Part shown: positions 43,643-57,059 of the stretch, piece by piece | Position numbering within the stretch: position 1 is the stretch's first letter | Layout of the letters: every line of letters starts with the position of its first letter | NCBI GenBank assembly: GCA_041671325.1 | Contig: JBAZBR010000001.1 | Span: 25,771 to 89,770 of the forward strand | Direction of reading: 5' to 3' | From: Patescibacteria group bacterium | GTDB lineage: Bacteria; Patescibacteriota; Patescibacteriia; PEXW01 | Length of the DNA stretch: 64,000 nucleotides | Made by a program: the position numbers and the translations under genes | Notes under the pieces: model-generated | The model's input: only the letters and a program-made list of their open reading frames with translations | Database searches by the model: none | What the model was told of the DNA's origin: nothing

Positions 43643-45724
43643 ATGCCAAAATCAAAGCTAGCCGATAATGAAAAATTTAAAAGAATTCCGGTCAGAAAGC
43701 AAAAAGTAAAAGTCGAAGATGAAGAAATACGGGAAGAAGAGGTAAAAGAGGAAAACTCAGAAATTCAGGGGATAGAACCAGAAGAAAAACCCAGGGAATT
43801 ATATGAAGATGCTGATGAATCCAAACCTTCAGCAATTTCGAATAAAAAAGTAAAAATCCTTAGGGAGGAAGTTTTAGATGCAATTTACAAACCGGAAAAT
43901 TCAGAAGAAAAGCCAAGGGATATGAAAAAAATTGAGAAAGGGTCAAATAAGCACCGCAAGCTTTACATCTCGCTTGGTATCCTTTTTGTTCTGGCGGTTG
44001 CCAGCGCTTCGGGTTTTTTTGTCTTTAGCCGGAAGAACAACCAGTTCAACGAAAGAATAACTCTGTTGCCTTCAGCGCCAACCAGCGTTGCGGCAGGCGA
44101 TGAACTGACTATAACCATTGCCATCAAGAATAACGAAAAAATTGCCATAAAAAATTCCGAGCTGACTTTTACCCCGCCTGATGGTTTCACCTTCAAATCA
44201 TCCACGCCGGCGCCCAGCAATGAATTCAATAATGCTTGGGAAATCGGTACGTTGAATAATAGTTCGGGTTCTACCGTCACCATAGTTGGCCGGCTTGTCG
44301 GCAACCAAGAAGAAGAAAAAAGCTTCAATTTTACCTTGGGTTACCGCCCGGCTAATTTTAATTATGATTTTCAAAAAAATTCCAGCCTTAAAGTCCGGAT
44401 TTCCAGCTCAGTTCTGAAAATTACGCCTGAGATACCCTTAAGGATTTTTGCTGGGATGCCTACTGATATTCCCGTGACCATTGAAAATACCGGGACTGAT
44501 AAGCTTGATGGCGTCAAGTTAATTGTGGATTACCCGGAAAGTTTCAGTTTTTCCAAGTCTGACCCCAAACCCTCGGAAAAGGAAAATACTTGGCAGATCG
44601 CTTCCATTCCAGCCAAAAGCAAGGTTAAAATTATAATCACGGGCAGTGTCAGTGGTTCACCTGGTGATACGCCGGAATTCAAATTTAGAGCCGGCAAAGA
44701 AGGGAACAAGGAATTTGAAGTTCAAGCCCAGGCTAACGGTATTGGCACCATAGTCAAAGCCGGCATGGGTCTGATTGCTTCAATCACCAACCCAAGTAAA
44801 GGACTGAATGCAGATTGGGGCGAAACTTTGAATTACATGTTCAGCTACAAGAACGATAGCGAGAGCGACATGCAGGACGCGGTAATTACTGTCGAATTTA
44901 TGCAGAAAAATTCTGCCAGCCAGGATGTGGCAATTTTGGATTTAGACAACCGTTCAGGCGTCTCAGCGGGAAAGCTTGATGGCCGGACTGTAACTTGGAC
45001 CAAAAGCGATATCCTGGGTTTGGCTATGGTCAAGGCTGGTGAAGGCGGCGATATTTTACTTAGGGTACCCCTAAAGTCCGGTCCAGAGATTAAAATCCAA
45101 GAAGATAAGAATTTTGTAGTCACGACCAATTCTCGGGTCTCGGTCAGCGGTATTGCGGATATTGAAGGCAAGAGTTTTGAAACCCAGGCGCCCAGCCTGC
45201 AAACCAAAATCAATACTAAATTGAATGTTGAACCTGAGGCTAGATATTATAATGAAGAACAAATTCCAGTTGGTAGCGGGCCAATTCCACCCCAAGTTGG
45301 CAAAACCACGGTTTACCAATTAAGTTGGACCTTGACCAACCCGACCAATGAAGCGACCCAAATAGTCATAATTTCAGCTTTGCCGGACGGAGTCACTTGG
45401 GTCGGCAAGCAGAGTGTTACTGCCGGCCAAGCAATCACTTACAATGCTGAAACCCGGGAAGTGACTTGGCGGATTAACCGCGTACCTCCAGGTACTGGTA
45501 GCCTGTTTGCCAGCCTGGAAGCCAAGTTTGAAGTTTCCATCACCCCCAGCGCAACTGATCTGGGTAAAATTATGATCTTATTAAACCAAACCGTGACCAC
45601 TGCCCGGGACGAATTCACTCTCCAGGATTTGCGGATTGAAAAAGCCATTTTGACTACGGACTTGAACAATGACGTGGCTGGCCAGGGCAAAGGCCTGGTT
45701 GCTGAAGCCGCGCCAGGAAGTTAA
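43643..45724 (+). CDS. cell-surface protein: charged N-terminus, one TM, repeated DUF11/CARDB-like Ig-fold domains
   Basis: TM LYISLGILFVLAVASASGFFVF; repeated beta-rich domains. Confidence 0.55.
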   Translation: MPKSKLADNEKFKRIPVRKQKVKVEDEEIREEEVKEENSEIQGIEPEEKPRELYEDADESKPSAISNKKVKILREEVLDAIYKPENSEEKPRDMKKIEKGSNKHRKLYISLGILFVLAVASASGFFVFSRKNNQFNERITLLPSAPTSVAAGDELTITIAIKNNEKIAIKNSELTFTPPDGFTFKSSTPAPSNEFNNAWEIGTLNNSSGSTVTIVGRLVGNQEEEKSFNFTLGYRPANFNYDFQKNSSLKVRISSSVLKITPEIPLRIFAGMPTDIPVTIENTGTDKLDGVKLIVDYPESFSFSKSDPKPSEKENTWQIASIPAKSKVKIIITGSVSGSPGDTPEFKFRAGKEGNKEFEVQAQANGIGTIVKAGMGLIASITNPSKGLNADWGETLNYMFSYKNDSESDMQDAVITVEFMQKNSASQDVAILDLDNRSGVSAGKLDGRTVTWTKSDILGLAMVKAGEGGDILLRVPLKSGPEIKIQEDKNFVVTTNSRVSVSGIADIEGKSFETQAPSLQTKINTKLNVEPEARYYNEEQIPVGSGPIPPQVGKTTVYQLSWTLTNPTNEATQIVIISALPDGVTWVGKQSVTAGQAITYNAETREVTWRINRVPPGTGSLFASLEAKFEVSITPSATDLGKIMILLNQTVTTARDEFTLQDLRIEKAILTTDLNNDVAGQGKGLVAEAAPGS

Positions 45725-45729
45725 TTTGT

Positions 45730-45921
45730 ATGGAAGAAGAGCCTTTTACCCAATTGGAAAAACTACAATTAGAAGAACAAAGTCTAGTTGACCGATATAA
45801 CGAATTGGCCCACCATTCTGGTAATAATCCCAAAGATAGGGAATTACGGCGATCGGCGGATGAAGCTTATGACCACTTGCAGGCAATAAGGATAAAAATA
45901 GCGGAATTAACAAACAAATAG
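45730..45921 (+). CDS. hypothetical 63-aa coiled-coil protein
   Basis: Starts 6 nt after the preceding stop. Confidence 0.35.
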   Translation: MEEEPFTQLEKLQLEEQSLVDRYNELAHHSGNNPKDRELRRSADEAYDHLQAIRIKIAELTNK

Positions 45922-45958
45922 TTTTATAAAAACCTGTTCTTATCAGGGAGGATCTTTT

Positions 45959-46186
45959 ATGCGGACAGTCATCGGTTGTTGCGTTTACGAAGAAGACGGG
46001 ATCATTTGCATTTACAAGGCAGTGTATGATATCCAACCACGCCCTGATGGTGGAACCGTCAACCGGTTGGTCTATGCTTCAACCAAGGAATTAAGGTTTT
46101 CCTATGACAACCGAAATGGCGATCATCCAACGCCGGCTGAGGTTGTCGAGATTTTAAGACTAAACCGAGCAGAAAGTTTTTTGTAG
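45959..46186 (+). CDS. hypothetical 75-aa protein
   Basis: RBS GGGAGGATCTTTT before ATG. Confidence 0.45.
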   Translation: MRTVIGCCVYEEDGIICIYKAVYDIQPRPDGGTVNRLVYASTKELRFSYDNRNGDHPTPAEVVEILRLNRAESFL

Positions 46187-46297
46187 CCGTAAATCACCTA
46201 AATTGTATGGTTTGGGTGATTTTATATTGACATAAACTTACTTTAGGATTTAAGCTGGAATTAATAAAAAAACGAAAACCAAAAAAGCGAGGTTTAT

Positions 46298-47026
46298 ATG
46301 TCGAAAGTTACCCGTTCTTTGACATTTATTGTTTTGTTTCTTCTGATTAGCGTTGTGGCTATTAGCTGGGTGTTTGATCTGCAAGAAGGTTTTGGATCTG
46401 AAAATCTGATGATTATACATATTGCGATTACCGTTGGGGTAGCTTTTATTGTTAGCGGGGTAATTAAGGGTACAGGTAGGGATACGGTTGGGGGTTCAGA
46501 CTTATTGTGGATAAGCATTTTTTTCTTAATGGCAATAACATTTGCAGTCTCCTCTCCTAATGTTTTTGAAGACAATTTCGCCTACTATGATGCGGATGGC
46601 CAGTTCCTTAACCGTTCGCATTTTATACCTTTGCTAGAACATCGGGTGATTTATCCGGAGATGGTTCAAGCGGAAGTAAGCTTACCAAATGGTGATTTGT
46701 TTATTCTAACGGTCAGGGTTTTAAACCAGTCAAAAGTGCTTTTTACGGCTTATGGCAAAAATCCTGAAGCCATTCACGACAGCTTGCATATATGGTTGAA
46801 AAAGGCGTATAAGGATGTTGTCAGTAAAAACCCAGCGCTTGAACCGATACCCCAAAAGGCGGTTAATGACTCACTGGGGATTGAACTCATCAACGCTCTC
46901 AACTTTATGCAATTGCCCGCCTTAGCTTATGACGCTCGGTCTATTGAGATTCAGGAATTTCCAAAAGACTTTCCTATTAAGGGAATTGACAAGTCTCCAC
47001 TAACGCGCCATTTAAACGAATTTTGA
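46298..47026 (+). CDS. hypothetical membrane protein (242 aa)
   Basis: 3 N-terminal TM helices. Confidence 0.5.
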   Translation: MSKVTRSLTFIVLFLLISVVAISWVFDLQEGFGSENLMIIHIAITVGVAFIVSGVIKGTGRDTVGGSDLLWISIFFLMAITFAVSSPNVFEDNFAYYDADGQFLNRSHFIPLLEHRVIYPEMVQAEVSLPNGDLFILTVRVLNQSKVLFTAYGKNPEAIHDSLHIWLKKAYKDVVSKNPALEPIPQKAVNDSLGIELINALNFMQLPALAYDARSIEIQEFPKDFPIKGIDKSPLTRHLNEF

Positions 47027-47123
47027 ATTTTTTTCAAAAAGCCCCAGGGTTAGACCCCAGGGCTTTTATTAATCCAAAATTAAATAAAATGATATACTTA
47101 CCTTAGAAATAAACATTTAGATT

Positions 47124-47516
47124 ATGGCTGAAAGCTTGGCAAAAAACGCAAGTAAATTCATTCTCCGGGAATTAATCGGTGACATTATTTTGTTTCCAGT
47201 CTGGTGGTATGTCAAAGGTTTAGCCCGCTTTAGCGCTTTTTGCTGGTACAAAGTCGGAGAATTCACTAACCGGAGCAGGTTAAGCCCAAAAGTTTGGTTC
47301 CAAAATCTCTTTGTGCCAATGTACGGCGATTACAGCCGGAGCGGCCGGGCGATCAGCTTTTTTGTCAGGCTGGTCGTAGCCTTGGCTTTATCAGTTGTAT
47401 TCATTATTTACCTGTTCGGTTTTTCTATTTTCTTCCTGGGCTATTTAGCTTTGCCAATTGCGGTAGTTTATTATTTTTTACGGCAATTGTTCAACCTGCC
47501 TTGGCTAACATTTTAA
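47124..47516 (+). CDS. hypothetical membrane protein (130 aa)
   Basis: TM helices. Confidence 0.45.
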   Translation: MAESLAKNASKFILRELIGDIILFPVWWYVKGLARFSAFCWYKVGEFTNRSRLSPKVWFQNLFVPMYGDYSRSGRAISFFVRLVVALALSVVFIIYLFGFSIFFLGYLALPIAVVYYFLRQLFNLPWLTF

Positions 47517-47519
47517 TAC

Positions 47520-48362
47520 ATGCCAAAAGTCCAGAAACCATACGTAATTATAAATTGCCCAACTTGTTCCCAAGCCCAAGGCATTTGCCCGGCCTGCAAA
47601 GACAGACGCGCGGCCATGTGGCTGATGGGCCGGTATTTTGTCTGGGATAAAAAGGTTGACCGTTGGCAAATTGCCGAAGAAAGGTTTCAACGAAACCTGC
47701 ATCAAGGCTTTAACGTGCTTTTAATCCTTTTTGGAATTTTTGGTTTAGGCGCGATGGTTTGGCAGGCTTTGGAGCAAAAAGTCGTATTGGATCTGGATTC
47801 CATATTAGAATTCTTAAGCACCCGGAATATTTGGAAAATCTTGGCTTCAATTTCTTTTCTGGGGGATTTAATAGTTAGCTCCAGAATTGTAAAAGCCAGG
47901 CAAGAAAGGATTTTAGTTGCCCATCGTGACAGTGAATTATTATCCGTACCAGCCCCGGAGATCTCTTGGCCAGATGTGATCCGGGAAGAAACACGTTTTG
48001 AAAATATTGCCCCCGCATTTTTAGCAGCTGCGCAAAAAGTGGTAGAGGGCGCTTGGACTTTGGCGGAACGATTGAAAAATCCAGAAGTCATGCCCATCCA
48101 TATTTTTGCCGCCCTTTTTGCTTTTCATGATACCCAAGTGGTTTTTGGCCGTCTGGGCATTGGCAGCAAATCTTTAAGCCAGAGAGTAAATCATGTTTTA
48201 GCGAAAATGCCGACAACCCCAAATCCACCCAAATTAGGTCAAGCCGCCACCGAGATTTTACTCCGAGCTTATTTGGAATCAGTCATGTCTAGCCGGCCAA
48301 TCGTGAATGTGGCTGAATTAATAGTTGCCGTTGGTTATGACCAGGAAGTAAATCCTGGCTGA
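47520..48362 (+). CDS. ClpC-like N-terminal module: zinc ribbon (CPTC..CPAC), TM helix and two Clp-N repeats; separated from the ATPase body by a frame change
   Basis: Clp_N repeat signatures (FLAAAQKVVEGAWTLAERL..., LGQAATEILLRAYLE...); stop TGA at 48360-48362. Confidence 0.6.
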   Translation: MPKVQKPYVIINCPTCSQAQGICPACKDRRAAMWLMGRYFVWDKKVDRWQIAEERFQRNLHQGFNVLLILFGIFGLGAMVWQALEQKVVLDLDSILEFLSTRNIWKILASISFLGDLIVSSRIVKARQERILVAHRDSELLSVPAPEISWPDVIREETRFENIAPAFLAAAQKVVEGAWTLAERLKNPEVMPIHIFAALFAFHDTQVVFGRLGIGSKSLSQRVNHVLAKMPTTPNPPKLGQAATEILLRAYLESVMSSRPIVNVAELIVAVGYDQEVNPG

Positions 48363-48363
48363 C

Positions 48364-50247
48364 TTGGCTATTGATGAAACCAAATTAAGAAACGTAGTGG
48401 CTTGGATTAACATTACCCATCGCATGTCCAAGGCATACCAGAATTGGCGCGGGAAAGCCAAATACCGTTCCAAGGGCGGCATGAACCGGGCATTCACGGC
48501 AATTGCCACGCCCATGCTGGATTCTTGCAGTCATGACCTTACGCAATTAGCCCGTTCGGGCATGTTAACCCAATGCATTGACCGGTCAAAAGAATTTGAA
48601 GAAATTTATAGGGTTATTGAAAGCGGCCGGCAAAATCCAGTTTTAGTCGGTTTGCCCGGCGTAGGCAAGACTTCAATCGTGGAAGGCTTGGCTTATCGCA
48701 TGGTAGCAGATGAAGTGCCGCCGGCCTTGCAAGACAAGCGCTTGGTCAGCATATCAATTGCCTCCTTAGTCGGTTCATCCGGTCGGCAAGGGGAGCTGGA
48801 AGAAAAATTTAATATTGTCCTTAACGAAGTTACCCGTTCAGGAAATATAGTCTTGTATATCGACAACATCCAGAACCTTATGGGTTTGACCACCGAAGGC
48901 GGCAGCAAGATGGATTTGGCAGAAATGTTTGCCCAGGCTTTAGGTCGCCACGCTTTCATGGCCATTGCCACCACTAATCCGGTTGACGAGCACCGGTATT
49001 TAGAAAAATCCAGCTTGGTTTCGGTTTTCCAAAGAGTGGCAGTGAATGAAGTCGATACCAATGGCGGCATCCAGATTTTGGAAGGCAAAGTCGGCGTGAT
49101 TGAAAATAAACAACAGGTTTTATTCGGCTATGATGCCATAGAAAAAGCCGTCACCTTGTCGCAACGCTATATCCATGACCGCTACTTGCCGGAAAAAGCC
49201 GTCACCTTGGCTGAAGAAGCCGCAGTGTATGTCCACAAGACTAGGGGGCGGGGCAGTATCATTTCGGGTGAAGATGTGGCGGCTATTGTTTCCGAAAAGA
49301 CAAACGTGCCAGTAACCCAAGTCACTGAAGCGGAAACGGAAAAACTTCTGCATTTGGAAGATCGAATCCACGAAAGGGTGATTGGCCAGGAAGAAGCGGT
49401 GAAAGCGGTGTCCTCAGCCTTGCGAAGGGCTAGGGCGGAATTGCGGGATGCCCGCCGGCCAATTGCTAACTTCTTATTTTTGGGCCCCACTGGCGTGGGT
49501 AAGACTGAATTGGCCAAGGCCGTGGCTGAAGTTTATTTTGGCGATGAAAAAGCCATGATCCGCCTTGATATGTCTGAATACCAAGTCCAATCCAGCTTAG
49601 CTCGGCTAATCGGCAACCCAAATACTGGCGAAGGGGGATTTTTGACTGAAGCCATCCGTAAAAACCCTTTCACGCTCTTGCTCTTGGATGAATTGGAAAA
49701 AGCCCATCCGGATATTTTAAATGTCTTTTTGCAAGTCATGGACGATGGCCGTTTGACTGATAATGCCGGTCGGACAATTGATTTTACCAATATCATCATG
49801 ATTGCCACTTCCAATGCCGGCACTTCAATAATCCAAGCCGGGATCAATGCCGGTGAAGCCTTGGAAAGCATTAAGCAAAGGTTGATTGAAAAAGAACTAG
49901 CGCAATATTATCGGCCAGAATTTTTAAACCGTTTTGACGCCATTATTGTTTTCAAGCCTTTAGATTTTAACCAAGTGATTGCTATAGCCAAACTCATGCT
50001 TAAGCAATTAAGCGGGATTTTGAAAGAAAAAGGCGTCAGCTTACGGGTGACTGAACCAGCCGTAGTGGAATTAGCGGAAAAAGGTTTTGATCCGCAATTC
50101 GGCGCCCGGCCTTTGCGCCGCGCTTTGCAGGAGCATGTGGACAATGCTTTGGCTAACGCTTTGTTAACCGGTAAACTCGCCCGACGGGATGTGGCGGTGC
50201 TTGAACCTGGCGGGATTGTCAGGGTGGAAAAAGCGAAAGAGATTTAA
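48364..50247 (+). CDS. clpC: ClpC/ClpB-type AAA+ chaperone body (two ATPase domains), frame +1 relative to the upstream module
   Basis: Walker A GLPGVGKTS and GPTGVGKT; sensor motifs; track start is TTG. Confidence 0.8.
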   Translation: MAIDETKLRNVVAWINITHRMSKAYQNWRGKAKYRSKGGMNRAFTAIATPMLDSCSHDLTQLARSGMLTQCIDRSKEFEEIYRVIESGRQNPVLVGLPGVGKTSIVEGLAYRMVADEVPPALQDKRLVSISIASLVGSSGRQGELEEKFNIVLNEVTRSGNIVLYIDNIQNLMGLTTEGGSKMDLAEMFAQALGRHAFMAIATTNPVDEHRYLEKSSLVSVFQRVAVNEVDTNGGIQILEGKVGVIENKQQVLFGYDAIEKAVTLSQRYIHDRYLPEKAVTLAEEAAVYVHKTRGRGSIISGEDVAAIVSEKTNVPVTQVTEAETEKLLHLEDRIHERVIGQEEAVKAVSSALRRARAELRDARRPIANFLFLGPTGVGKTELAKAVAEVYFGDEKAMIRLDMSEYQVQSSLARLIGNPNTGEGGFLTEAIRKNPFTLLLLDELEKAHPDILNVFLQVMDDGRLTDNAGRTIDFTNIIMIATSNAGTSIIQAGINAGEALESIKQRLIEKELAQYYRPEFLNRFDAIIVFKPLDFNQVIAIAKLMLKQLSGILKEKGVSLRVTEPAVVELAEKGFDPQFGARPLRRALQEHVDNALANALLTGKLARRDVAVLEPGGIVRVEKAKEI

Positions 50248-50312
50248 ATTAATTTTTCTCATAAAAAAATCCCCGCTTCTTTTTGAAGCGGGGATTGTTA
50301 AAGGGTTTATTA

Positions 50313-53334
<3,022 letters not shown>

Positions 53335-53987
53335 TTCTCCTTTTGTCGATTTATCGACTTTATGGTTGTTTAGTAATTTCAAAGATCTTTGTTTATTGGT
53401 TCTATCTACCTTACTAAAAAGGAGGACTTCTTGTAAAGCTAGGGATCTTTGTTTTTTCAAATTTATCTATTTTTTAATCCTTTTAAAAGTATAGGATTAT
53501 TTTGTTTTGGAAATAAAACTTATCCACAGGATTTACTGTAGACTCTAAAATGGCACTTTCTTCGCCGATTTTTAAAAGTGGTGAATGTTCGGCTTTCAAC
53601 AAAAATTCTATCACTCGCAAAATTCTAAGTCAAGCCCATGTGGATATTTTTGTCTTGACGGCTTTTATTTTTGCGCTACGCTTGAATTTGAAGACGTCAA
53701 ATACCACAAAGGGAATTCAACATAATTTCTGCCTATACATAAATTACGACGGGTGACAGAAATAGAAAAAGTCTTTTGAAAAGCAGCGCACACCCGTGCT
53801 CTGCAACAACTTAAGAAGATAAATAGCAATGCACATAATAGTGTTTGCTTTGTTTTGCCAGGAATAATGATTTTTTAAACACGGACATGTTGAAAAAGTA
53901 AGCGCCAATAAGGAGGTGGTTTTTGGCAGAAACATGTAAACTTTTTTAAGAAAAAAACATGGCTTTAAAACTGAAAGGAGATTTAGT

Positions 53988-54197
53988 ATGACGTTACCAC
54001 GTGACGGGAAGTTTCGGACTTCCTCATTTAGCAACATTGACCCGGTTCCGTTTTGCGTAGCTGTCGCGCGAAAGGAAGATGGGAGTATCGTCGTGAGGAA
54101 TTCACGTGATACTGCCTCAAAAACAACCCTGGAATTCAATGAGCTGGAATGGGGAGCGTTCGTCAAGGGTGTCAAAGCTGGTGAATTCGACGTCTAG
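53988..54197 (+). CDS. DUF397 domain protein (69 aa)
   Basis: FRTSSFSN...VAV..EDGSIVVRNSRD...EWGAFVKGVKAGEFD matches the DUF397 signature; RBS AAAGGAGATTTAGT. Confidence 0.65.
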   Translation: MTLPRDGKFRTSSFSNIDPVPFCVAVARKEDGSIVVRNSRDTASKTTLEFNELEWGAFVKGVKAGEFDV

Positions 54198-54227
54198 TAT
54201 GGTTCTTTGCATCATCGGAAACTTCTA

Positions 54228-54258
54228 AAGGCAGACTTTATTGTCTGCCTTTTAAAAT
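54228..54258 (+). terminator. GGCAGAC-tttatt-GTCTGCC hairpin plus T-tract
   Basis: After the DUF397 gene. Confidence 0.6.
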
Positions 54259-54300
54259 TATAGATTTCTTGATTTTGTTATTAAGTTGTAAAATAAATTT

Positions 54301-54984
54301 ATGAAAAAAGTCGCGATTTTCGACATTGACGGCACCATCTTTCGTTCAAGTCTCACAATTGAGGTTACCAATACGTTAATCGCAGAAGATATATTTCCAG
54401 CCTCGACTCGTAAAAGTTACCAGCGGGCGTATGAAAATTGGTTAAACCGCAAGGATTCTTATGATAAGTATATTGACGCGGTGGTAAAGGCGTTTGATAA
54501 GCATATAAAAGGCGTACCACGCGTGGATTTCCTGCGTATTGCACGCCAAGTCGTAGCTTACCAGCAGCACCGCGTATACCGTTTCACTCGGGATATGGTG
54601 CGTACGCTTAGGAAGCGGGGATATTTTCTCATTGCCATTTCACATTCGCCAACAGACGTGGTAGGTGAGTTTGCCAAGCGCTGGGGGTTTCACCGGGTGT
54701 ACGGGCTTGGTTTTGAGTTGGACAAGCACGGGAAATTTACGGGAAGGATTACTTTCGACAAATTTCTCCACGACAAAGCCAAAATTCTGCAGCATGCGGT
54801 TGCTACAGAGAAGCTCTCTCTCAAAGGTTCAATTGGAGTAGGGGATTCTGAAGGGGATATTCCCATGCTCAAGTTGGTAGACCGGCCAATATGTTTTAAC
54901 CCAAATAGCGTTTTGTATCGGTATGCCAAACGTTCAAAATGGGAAATCGTGGTGGAAAGGAAAGACGTGATTTATAAAATATAA
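54301..54984 (+). CDS. HAD-IB family hydrolase
   Basis: FDIDGTI motif I; GDSEGDIPML motif. Confidence 0.7.
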   Translation: MKKVAIFDIDGTIFRSSLTIEVTNTLIAEDIFPASTRKSYQRAYENWLNRKDSYDKYIDAVVKAFDKHIKGVPRVDFLRIARQVVAYQQHRVYRFTRDMVRTLRKRGYFLIAISHSPTDVVGEFAKRWGFHRVYGLGFELDKHGKFTGRITFDKFLHDKAKILQHAVATEKLSLKGSIGVGDSEGDIPMLKLVDRPICFNPNSVLYRYAKRSKWEIVVERKDVIYKI

Positions 54985-55053
54985 AAAAATGAGGTAGCGC
55001 ACATTGTGTGCTACCTCATAAATTATAAATTTCATTCTTACTCGCCAAACCAA

Positions 55054-55542
55054 TTACGGCAACGAGCTCAAGGGTTCTAGTCGCTGTTTTGTCAAACAGC
55101 CATATTGGTTGATGGCTAAGATGATGTTAGCGCTATCCTTATGGGTCGCCGTAACCAATAGGGATTCTTTTGTGGCAACAGTTATGGCATAGGTGTATAT
55201 ATCCATTTCAGGAATTGTTATGCCGATATCCTTGAAACCGTCCGGATTGGACGCCGAGGCAGTTTTACCCGAACCCCAGTAGCAATTGTGAATATCCTTG
55301 TTGGTGCCAAAAAATGCTTCCCACATGGTTAAATCGGGACGCGTAGAGATGTATCCCACCTCTGCTTTCGAGATTTTTTCCAGCATCTGCTTTGCTACGG
55401 GATGTGATTCAACTGGTGGTGGCGTAGGTGTAGATGGTAACGTGACAGCCAACCAAAGAACGAAGCCCACTGTTCCAAACGCATAGAGTAGCCGCCAAAT
55501 AAATGGTTTATCAGAAACAATCAAAAAACCAAAGTCAGACAT
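55054..55542 (-). CDS. hypothetical membrane-anchored protein (162 aa)
   Basis: N-terminal TM then Pro-rich linker. Confidence 0.5.
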   Translation of the reverse strand: MSDFGFLIVSDKPFIWRLLYAFGTVGFVLWLAVTLPSTPTPPPVESHPVAKQMLEKISKAEVGYISTRPDLTMWEAFFGTNKDIHNCYWGSGKTASASNPDGFKDIGITIPEMDIYTYAITVATKESLLVTATHKDSANIILAINQYGCLTKQRLEPLSSLP

Positions 55543-55738
55543 CGATATACCTCCTAAAACTAAATGGTTTATGTAAACGTACTTTGTGTGTATTAGCAGA
55601 TGGTATAAATTCCTTAAATAATTGTCAATAGATTATTAATTTGAAAAATTATTTAAGGTTTGACAATTTTTACCAATCATTTTAGGTTAAGGGGAAAAGA
55701 AATAGCAATTTTGAAAATCAAATAGAAAGCGAGGTAAA

Positions 55739-56872
55739 ATGTCAGGTTTTCAGAGGATAGGCGGCGACACGGAAATGTCGACAGACCTTATGTTTTGCGG
55801 CAACAAAACAGAAATTACCATAAGGCCCATATTCAAAAGTCGAGTGGCTGTAATAACCGACACTGAAGAGGCTTCCTTGCGCGGTAAAGCTATCATGCCG
55901 ATTAACGGGAAGCTCGTTGTATTTCCGGATATGTATTTTTTGCGCCGGGCTTTGATGCACGGCAGCGAAACCTACTTGAGGCTGGATGAGGGCGAATTGG
56001 CCAAGCTTAAAAAGGCCATGCAGAATGCCTACCGCCTCAATGCCATACTTCTTGGCTTGAGCAAAGACAATGCCGATGAGCTGATGCTTGCCATAGCCGA
56101 GCAGGTTGAAACTATGATAGCCGCTGTTAATCCAGATGCACGCCTGGAACTGAAAAAGCAGATCCTCTCCCAACTTGAGGCAATTGGCCATGTTAATGAC
56201 AGTCTCAACCGGATTAATCCCAGTGCTTTGTTGGCCCGGCTAGTGGCGGTCACCAACCGGCTAACCAAGAGGGAAACTGCGGCGGGTGGCATAACCTCAA
56301 TTTTTGCCTTAAGGCGCAAAGCGGCAGAGTTATGCATCGACATCCTGGAATACCATGTCTTGTGCGCGGCTGACTATCTGGTTAACCTTTTCAAGAAATG
56401 GGACCAGGTAATCGGCTTCCAGCGCAAAGGTACGGCCAACCAACTTAAAATCTACGCCCAGGTATTCCGGATTATCGACATCTTACCTTTTGAGAGGACT
56501 TTTTCACATTCGGCAGATGAATTTGAAAAAGCTTCGGTGGCCTTAAGGTCCAATCGGGTCACGGAGGCAAAAGACTTGCTGAGGATTTCTCTTTCCAGCT
56601 TCCTTTTGCGCAAAGCTCGAATTGAACTTGAACAGGTGGCCTTTGCAGTCAGCCGACAAAAGCGATTCAATAACCCGGATTTTGATTGTTTTTCCTGGGC
56701 TAAGAAATTAGCCGCGGTTACTGATTCAATCCAGACAATTGACACTTCTGGCATGCAGAACTTCCCGCAAGAAGTAGTTTGTTCTTACCTTTATAAGGCT
56801 ATAAAGGAAATTGAAGTCCAGCAATGCTCAAGCGCCCATGACTCAATGGGCATGGTGATTGCTTTGGTTTAA
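55739..56872 (+). CDS. hypothetical protein (377 aa)
   Basis: RBS AGCGAGGTAAA before ATG (near-identical to the RBS region of 23629 gene); moderate GC. Confidence 0.5.
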   Translation: MSGFQRIGGDTEMSTDLMFCGNKTEITIRPIFKSRVAVITDTEEASLRGKAIMPINGKLVVFPDMYFLRRALMHGSETYLRLDEGELAKLKKAMQNAYRLNAILLGLSKDNADELMLAIAEQVETMIAAVNPDARLELKKQILSQLEAIGHVNDSLNRINPSALLARLVAVTNRLTKRETAAGGITSIFALRRKAAELCIDILEYHVLCAADYLVNLFKKWDQVIGFQRKGTANQLKIYAQVFRIIDILPFERTFSHSADEFEKASVALRSNRVTEAKDLLRISLSSFLLRKARIELEQVAFAVSRQKRFNNPDFDCFSWAKKLAAVTDSIQTIDTSGMQNFPQEVVCSYLYKAIKEIEVQQCSSAHDSMGMVIALV

Positions 56873-56930
56873 AAACCTTGACGGATTCTTTCATGGTTTG
56901 CTAAAATGGGAATCCAAAATCAAAAAATTG

Positions 56931-57058
56931 CCCCGATAGCTCAGTTCGTACCCGCCCGAACGACTGAAGTCGTTCAGTCGGGCGGGGAGCTTTAGAGTTA
57001 AGGTTTCCGGCAGAGCCGGATCCGGCTACGCCGGACAAATCCGGCTCGTGGCCTTAAT
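56931..57058 (+). other. GC-rich structured region starting like a tRNA 5' half (GCCCCGATAGCTCAGTT) but lacking a matching 3' acceptor; pseudo-tRNA or structured RNA
   Basis: Long bulged hairpin CCCGCCCGAACGAC-tgaa-GTCGTTCAGTCGGGCGGG plus two CCGGC hairpins. Confidence 0.3.
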
Positions 57059-57059
57059 A

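Noticed and set aside
53744-54175. 143-aa minus-strand ORF
   Set aside because: Antisense to the well-supported DUF397 gene and its upstream region. No SD.
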